A stretch of 64,000 nucleotides of DNA, from the NCBI GenBank assembly GCA_965248435.1, contig OZ252100.1, positions 2,944,001 through 3,008,000 of the forward strand, read 5' to 3'. Of the stretch, positions 58,015-64,000 are shown piece after piece (position 1 is the first letter of the stretch; each line of letters begins with the position of its first letter). The notes under the pieces are model-generated. The model did not search any database. It was not told the DNA's origin and saw only the letters and a program-made list of their open reading frames with translations. Origin of the DNA: Candidatus Latescibacterota bacterium (GTDB lineage Bacteria > Latescibacterota > UBA2968 > GCA-2709665). Made by a program: the position numbers and the translations under genes.

Positions 58015-58605
58015 TTATTTCGCCCCGGCCCGGCGGCGCATATGCTCCTCGATCAGCTGTCTATCTGCATCCGACAAGCCCTTAAGGCCTCTCGAAGCCT
58101 CCATTCCCGATTCTACCCCACCTTCCGAACGACCATCACCATCGGCCCCTCCTTCAGTTTCGTCGCGGACCGATGCCGGCGAGGGAACGGGTTCTGGTTC
58201 GGCCAACTGTTTCTCCGCGGACTTCACCTTCGCCGCACGCTGTTCGAGGTGGCGCCTGATAAGATCTGCACTAAACTCCGGTTTGTTCCCGTTTTCTCCT
58301 ACTTCTTCTCGCACCTCGACCGGTTCTTCCGGAGGTTCCGGGACCTGCTGCGGAGGAGACGCAACGGGGTAGCGATCTTCCTGGAATCCAACCTCTTCTC
58401 CAAGCTCGTCTTCCAGGTTGAGGCGAGCTGCCACTGCTTCGTATACCGATTTGGCCGCCTCCACGCGGGCATCAAGAAGCTGTAAAGTCTGGCGTAATTC
58501 CGAAATCTTCGAGGAAGCCCCTTCGATTTCCCGCCGGGCAAACTCCAAGACGTCTTCGTATAGGGTGCCGCCCTTTTCACCAGATCGAGCCAAGATTTGC
58601 TCCAT
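58015..58605 (-). CDS. Hypothetical protein (N-terminal coiled coil, acidic low-complexity C-half)
   Basis: Long ORF with a twice-occurring (F/L)S.AD..LI..H(L/M) motif. Confidence 0.65.
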   Translation of the reverse strand: MEQILARSGEKGGTLYEDVLEFARREIEGASSKISELRQTLQLLDARVEAAKSVYEAVAARLNLEDELGEEVGFQEDRYPVASPPQQVPEPPEEPVEVREEVGENGNKPEFSADLIRRHLEQRAAKVKSAEKQLAEPEPVPSPASVRDETEGGADGDGRSEGGVESGMEASRGLKGLSDADRQLIEEHMRRRAGAK

Positions 58606-58914
58606 AGAAACGACTCAGAACCGAAGTAGCACGCGCCAAAACGCGAGATTAAGTATACCTCGAACCGCCTGAGTTCGCAAGCGAATTATTGATTATTCCT
58701 TCGACCTGAAGCAGCCCCCCAATCCAGACTCCTGTTGAACGAAGGGGTGACCCTCTGTGTTCGTAACCTACAGTAATTGGCCACATTTGCGTTAACAAAT
58801 TCCAGTTGACAACCCGCTGAGAATCGATTAACCTTATTTGCCATTTTGGGGTTCTTCGGCCCGAAAATCTGTCGGAATCGCCCTTCAAACACCGTGGATC
58901 AACCCCCCGACCCT

Positions 58915-59943
58915 ATGATGCTTACCGATACCTCAAAGCATTCTCCCGAGATCCTCCTCGACCGATTCGAACTGGACAAGAAGGTCTGGGCGGTCGCGGG
59001 TGGAAAGGGAGGAACGGGAAAGACCGTAATCACATCTAACCTGGGGGTCGGGCTTGCCATATTGGGACACAAGGTCATCCTTATCGACGGGGATCTGGGT
59101 GGGGCCGACCTCCATCTCAACTTCGGAATACCCCTTCCCAAACGCAACCTCAGCCATTTCTTGAGCGGAAAGGTCGCCCAACTCAGTGACGTTATTCTTC
59201 CAACCCGGAGCGCCAACCTGAACCTGATTTGTGGCGGAAGCGAGCTGATCGGGCTGGCCAACCTCTCTTATCAGCGAAAGGAGAAACTGAAACGCCACAT
59301 CAACCGACTCGACGCCGACTTCATTCTGGTCGATCTGGGGGCCGGGACAGCTTACAATACACTCGATTTCTTCGTCATTTCGAATGAAGGGATCATCGTC
59401 TGCAACCCCGAACCCCAGTCCAAAATCGACGCCTACGCCTTTGTAAAGAATGCGGTCTACCGGAGATTCCTTCAATGCTTCGGCCGTAATACGATTCTAA
59501 AAGACCTCATTCTCAACTTTGGCAACAATGGTCAAAGGGCTTTGAAAATTAAGGATTTAATCGGCCTTATCGCCGACAAGAGCCCTGACTATGGAGAACA
59601 GGCACAGAGCCTTGTGGACGCATTTTCTCCCAAACTGATCATGAACAAGGTCAGAAAGAAGAGTCAGCTCGAGGATGCGCAGCGGTTCGTCTCTCTCATA
59701 AGGGAATACTTGTGTGTTGGCATGGATTATCTGGGGAACATCGAGTATGACAACAAGGTGGTGGAGGCCAGCGAAAGCATGAAGCCCTTCCTGCTGGAAC
59801 ACCCAAGGGCAAAAGTCTCCAAAAGCTTCTATGGCATCCTTTTTAATATGGACGTGGAGGACCGTCAGCTTAGATACGACAAGAAGTCCTACAAGAAAAT
59901 GTCCAGAGGGGTGCGAATCGAATCAAAGCTTTGGAAGGAGTAA
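58915..59943 (+). CDS. MinD/FlhG-like ParA ATPase
   Basis: GGKGGTGKT, IDGDLGGADLH, DLGAGTAYNTLDFF. Confidence 0.88.
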   Translation: MMLTDTSKHSPEILLDRFELDKKVWAVAGGKGGTGKTVITSNLGVGLAILGHKVILIDGDLGGADLHLNFGIPLPKRNLSHFLSGKVAQLSDVILPTRSANLNLICGGSELIGLANLSYQRKEKLKRHINRLDADFILVDLGAGTAYNTLDFFVISNEGIIVCNPEPQSKIDAYAFVKNAVYRRFLQCFGRNTILKDLILNFGNNGQRALKIKDLIGLIADKSPDYGEQAQSLVDAFSPKLIMNKVRKKSQLEDAQRFVSLIREYLCVGMDYLGNIEYDNKVVEASESMKPFLLEHPRAKVSKSFYGILFNMDVEDRQLRYDKKSYKKMSRGVRIESKLWKE

Positions 59944-59949
59944 GCGAGC

Positions 59950-61065
59950 GTGAACGCGAAGGCCGACGGTGGATTAAGACAGCGTCTGATCAATCCCATC
60001 TCGATCCGACTTTCGGCGATTGCTAAAGACAAGGCCCCGGAACCGGTATTTTCGGTGGCCGCGGCCCTGAAAGACCCGGGACGGATCCTGATCATCACAG
60101 ACGGCCAACCCGGAAGCCTCTTTTTGAGCGCTTCGCAGTTTTGGGCCATTCGTCATCGTTACCCCGAAGCTCAGGTGAGTCTCCTTGCCCCTTCCCATAA
60201 GGCATATATTGCAAGGGAGATCCCCTTCGTAGATGACGTCATTGTTTATAAGGACTTCCTGCTGCCCCTGGGCAACAAGCACCGCGACGTGATTCGCACC
60301 CTTCAGAAGAAGGACTTCGACATCGCATTTTGCCTGACGAGTGTCGAAAGCTTTTGTCCTGCTTACCTGTGTTACAAAAGCAGGGCACACCTTCGTGTCG
60401 GGTTTCAAAGGGAAGACTTCCCCTTCTTCAACGTCAGAATCGTCCCTCACAAGGAGACCTGCTACGAACTGGAAAGGCTAGCGCTTCTCCTTAGAACGCT
60501 CGGCATCCCCCAGGTAAAGGAACGTGTCTCCTGGTCGGTATCCAAGGAAGGTGCCCAAAAGCTGCGCGAACGTTACCTGGTGGGCGGAAGCACCGGGGAG
60601 CGATTCGTAGCCTTCGACGTGAGCAGCGGGGCGGGCGATAGACCCACGAACAGACAGCTCCTCGGCGTCGCTGAGGGTTCAACCGCGCTGCCGAACACAA
60701 GGGCGCTGGTCTTCTTCGACTACGAGGAGCGGAAATTCGCAAACCAGATCAAGGAATTGCTCGGGAACAAGGTCCTCCTCTTTCAGACCGACGACCTGCC
60801 CAAGGTCGTGGCCCTCCTGGAAGCCTGTGTCCAGTTGATATCCTGTCACACAGATCTTTTTCAGCTCGGGGTCGCCATGGGAATGCCGGTAACGGGCATT
60901 TTCTCTTCCAAAGACGTTTTACGCTGGGTGCCTTCCGACCGAGACCACGTGGACATCCTCGAATATGAAACGATCAAAGACTGGAGCCCCTACAAACTGA
61001 ACGATGCCATCCGCAGAAGCCTATCGTCTTTAATTTCCAAGAAGATGGAAGTTTTTCAAGGATAG
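59950..61065 (+). CDS. Glycosyltransferase family 9 (heptosyltransferase-like), divergent
   Basis: AIRHRYPEAQVSLL, PFVDDVI, RVGF, DLPKVVALL, TDLFQLGVAMG.PV.GIF. Confidence 0.7.
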   Translation: MNAKADGGLRQRLINPISIRLSAIAKDKAPEPVFSVAAALKDPGRILIITDGQPGSLFLSASQFWAIRHRYPEAQVSLLAPSHKAYIAREIPFVDDVIVYKDFLLPLGNKHRDVIRTLQKKDFDIAFCLTSVESFCPAYLCYKSRAHLRVGFQREDFPFFNVRIVPHKETCYELERLALLLRTLGIPQVKERVSWSVSKEGAQKLRERYLVGGSTGERFVAFDVSSGAGDRPTNRQLLGVAEGSTALPNTRALVFFDYEERKFANQIKELLGNKVLLFQTDDLPKVVALLEACVQLISCHTDLFQLGVAMGMPVTGIFSSKDVLRWVPSDRDHVDILEYETIKDWSPYKLNDAIRRSLSSLISKKMEVFQG

Positions 61066-61232
61066 CCCCGCGACGCCCGAAGCGTTTTTTTTAACCTTGG
61101 AATTTCCAGGGGTCGAGTTACATTGTGATGTACGCCACATAATAGAACTGTGTTTGTTTGTAGATTGAATTACTATCCCACGTTATGCATTTCGCTGAAT
61201 CGTTGAGGGCAAACATTTCACGGAGGCAGCCG

Positions 61233-64000
61233 ATGAACTCCCCAATCCATATTGTTTTGCAATCCAGCTCAAGGTGCCTCAGGCTCCTGCTGTTTTTCAC
61301 CCTTCTTCCGCTACTGTTCGGGGCCGCCGCCTTCGGGACCGTTCAGGCACAGGAGCCGGCCGCGGATGCAGACTTCTGCGATTGCCAATGTTACGGGAGA
61401 GAAGGGACTGGACTATGACTTCCCGCCTGACGGATCGACTGTAACCTGGGAGAGAGGTTCGCCGGAAATCTTCTTTGGCGAAGGTACGGTCTCTACATTC
61501 GACGAAGAAGAGCCTCTTGATGTCCTCAAGCCTGCCGGATTCCTCAACCTTCGACTTACGGAGAACTTCGGAAGCTTTGAGATCATCCTGACCCGGGTGC
61601 TGTTCTCGTTTCTGGACGGCTCAGAGGATGACCTCGCGCCGAACGTCCGGCTGAAGATCATGCGACAGGGGGAACTTCCACCCCTGGTTGAGATCGAGAA
61701 CGAAAACACGATGGTCCTGAAGCTCAGAATACCTGAAGGGGCTGGCCCGCTTCCACTCTCGAACGCCTTAGCCGGCAATATCGTGTTCGTGACGAGGCCG
61801 CAATTCCGGGGCTCGCAGATCACTTTCACAGAGGCCACTTTCACCACGATCGATCCAGGAGCGAATGGAGAGACTCCTGCGAAGGCGGCGTTTGCCTCCG
61901 AAACCATCATGCCCAACGTGGTCCTGGACATTCGATCCTTCGTAACCGACGTCCCGGTGCCCACCGTTCGACCGGTGACCGAGGCCGTAACCGATACGAG
62001 GGCGATCATCAAAGGCGAATTCAACAAACCGGGAATTATTACCATCCTCTATGGGACAGATCCTGCCAACCTGGACCTTAGCGTGGAGTCCATCAGTGAA
62101 ATCACCCGCTTCCGACTCGCCCTTCAAGGTCTGACTCCGAGGACGCGCTATTTCTTCCAGGCCAAATCTCTGGGCGCCCAGGGTGAATCCGGGCTGGCTC
62201 CGCTCGACCCCTCCGCGTTTGTAACCCGAGACCTTGACAACACGCCTCCGCGCATCCTGAAGGGCCCAGGCATCTTTGGGAGGACTCCGACCAGTGCGAA
62301 AATCGGTTTCGAACTGAACGAGGCCGCCACATCAGAGATCGCATATGGAACGGCACCAGATGCCCTTGACGCTACCGCTTCAGGTCCCGCCGACCCAACC
62401 AGAATTCACTCGGTTAGAGTCTCGGGCCTGACACCTGGCGAAGAGACCTTTTTCCAGGTCACAGTGACCGACTTGAATAGCAATCAAGGTCAATCACCTG
62501 TATTAAGATTCAGACCACTTCTTGTTGCCGATACCCGGCCCCCTCGCGATCCTCGGAAGGCCCTCCGCTTTCGGTTCCTTTGACCGTGCGAACGTCGAGT
62601 GGCGGACCAGCAGGCGGAGTAACAGCGCCATCTTTTACAGCGTGGACCGGGACGCGATCGATATCCTGCAAGTCGGCGTAGGCACCAAGGCCCTATTCCA
62701 GGACGAGGTGGACGAGGAGGACGAGGCCGAGATCGATTCGGTTACCGTCGATGAAGAGGTTCTCCAGCACCGGATCTCGCTGGCGAACCTTCAGGCCGAC
62801 ACGACGCTCTACGCCAAGGAGGACGAGGTCGCTCCAAAGTTCGTCCGACCCCCCGGTGTGCTCTTTATCAGTGACACCGAGGCGACGATCGGGGCGGGAA
62901 CGAATGAGCCCACGGTTGTGGAAATCCAGTACGCGACGACCGATTCCGTCTACGATGACGACACAGGTACCGTAGGGGTCCTGGAATCGACCACAGATCC
63001 AAAGCGACGACACGAACTGTTTCTTACCGGTCTGACTTTGGGCACAGAGTACTTCTACAAGCTCACCGCAACGGATATCGCAGGAAACGACCCCACGACA
63101 AACACCGGGCGACTCTCCTTCGTTACACGAGGAGAGGCAGACGTGGAGGGGCCTCAGGTCTTCGGAAATCCAGTGGCCATCGGTATCACGAACAGCTCGG
63201 CCATCATCAGATGGGGCGCCAACGAGCGCCACAGCTCTGAGGTCATCCTTCAGGAGGTGGCAGCGGCCGGTGCGAAGTTGGCGGTTGGGGATTCCATCGT
63301 CGTGGAAGACATCGAACTCGGCAAGCGAAAGGCCGTGCCGGTGGACAACCTGGACTCGGGAACAACCTACAGCTTCAGGGTCGCGACAAAGGATCCGTTT
63401 GGTAACACGAGCGTCAGTGAACACGCCCTGATGGAGTTCACGACGCGGCCAGGTGACGACGAAGATGAGGACGCCCCGGTGATCGTGAGGGGGCCGTTCG
63501 TCCGGAACGTCACTTCGAGCTCGGCCAGGGTGAACTGGTTCCTTAATGAGTTGTCCGACTGCCGGATTGCCTGGGCAACAGACGCGGACTTCGCAGCCAA
63601 CGGCGAATTCACGAACACGATCGAAGAGGCCGCCAGCACCGTCGTTTGCTCGGCCACGCTTACTGAACTGCTTGAGAATACGGGCTACCATTTCGCAGTG
63701 GGCTCCTCGGACAACTCGGGCAACGTTGTCAAGACCGACCCTGGTGAGGGCATTATCGGGCTGAGCTTTGATCACGGATTCAGGACGCGTCCTGACGTGG
63801 CGGCGGTGGCGCCCTCGATCATAGAAGGCCCGATCATAGGCGCGACGGACAACTTCGTCATCATCAGATACAGGACCGATCAGGACGCTACCTCTCGGGG
63901 GGAGGTAGGTGTGCTGCCTGCCAGCAAGCTGGCACTACAGGGCGGGGAACCCGTATTCGGGGAGGTGTCGCAGATCGTCGTAGAGAATACGGATGAACTC
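61233..64000 (+). CDS. Large secreted fibronectin-III repeat protein, frameshifted near 61377 and 62541, runs off the window
   Basis: GGAGG SD and signal peptide in one frame. Mature FN3 repeats (GLTP.T.YFF, LTLGTEYFYKL, NLDSGTTYSFRV) in the following frames. Last frame appears open to 64000. Confidence 0.75.

Noticed and set aside
62581-62583. TGA in the FN3 gene as a third Sec codon
   Set aside because: The protein continues in a different frame from about 62541, so this TGA results from a frameshift. There is no redox motif.
1-64000. CRISPR arrays, tRNA/rRNA, IS elements, Moco riboswitch
   Set aside because: None recognised by eye. The short repeats lack regular spacers. A covariance-model scan was not possible.

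Overview
A 64 kb, mostly high-GC bacterial chromosomal segment. A Por/T9SS-type C-terminal domain suggests an FCB-group organism, e.g. Latescibacterota-like (inference only). It is rich in catabolic and redox genes: 9 aldo/keto reductases, 2 lactonases, mannonate dehydratase, Gfo/Idh/MocA dehydrogenases, a Tat-exported three-subunit molybdenum hydroxylase plus an orphan Mo subunit, K+ channels, citrate synthase, moaD/moaE, pncB, larE, def, MinD/FlhG, GT9, and two large secreted repeat proteins. Main observations the ORF track does not show: (1) two probable selenoproteins split at in-frame UGA codons, each followed by a SECIS-like hairpin: a UxxC peroxiredoxin-like/DsbD-N fusion and a UGSC-like protein; (2) three places where a gene is followed by cargo DNA and then an orphan, diverged copy of its own 3' end, with no integrase in the window; (3) a collapsed pfkB-hxlA-hxlB operon reduced to gene termini; (4) three sigma54-type promoters in front of accessory genes; (5) a partial ydaO (c-di-AMP) riboswitch-like sequence before a TrkA-domain K+ channel. 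Several small frameshifts look like sequencing or assembly indels. I saw no rRNA, tRNA, CRISPR array, transposase or integrase.
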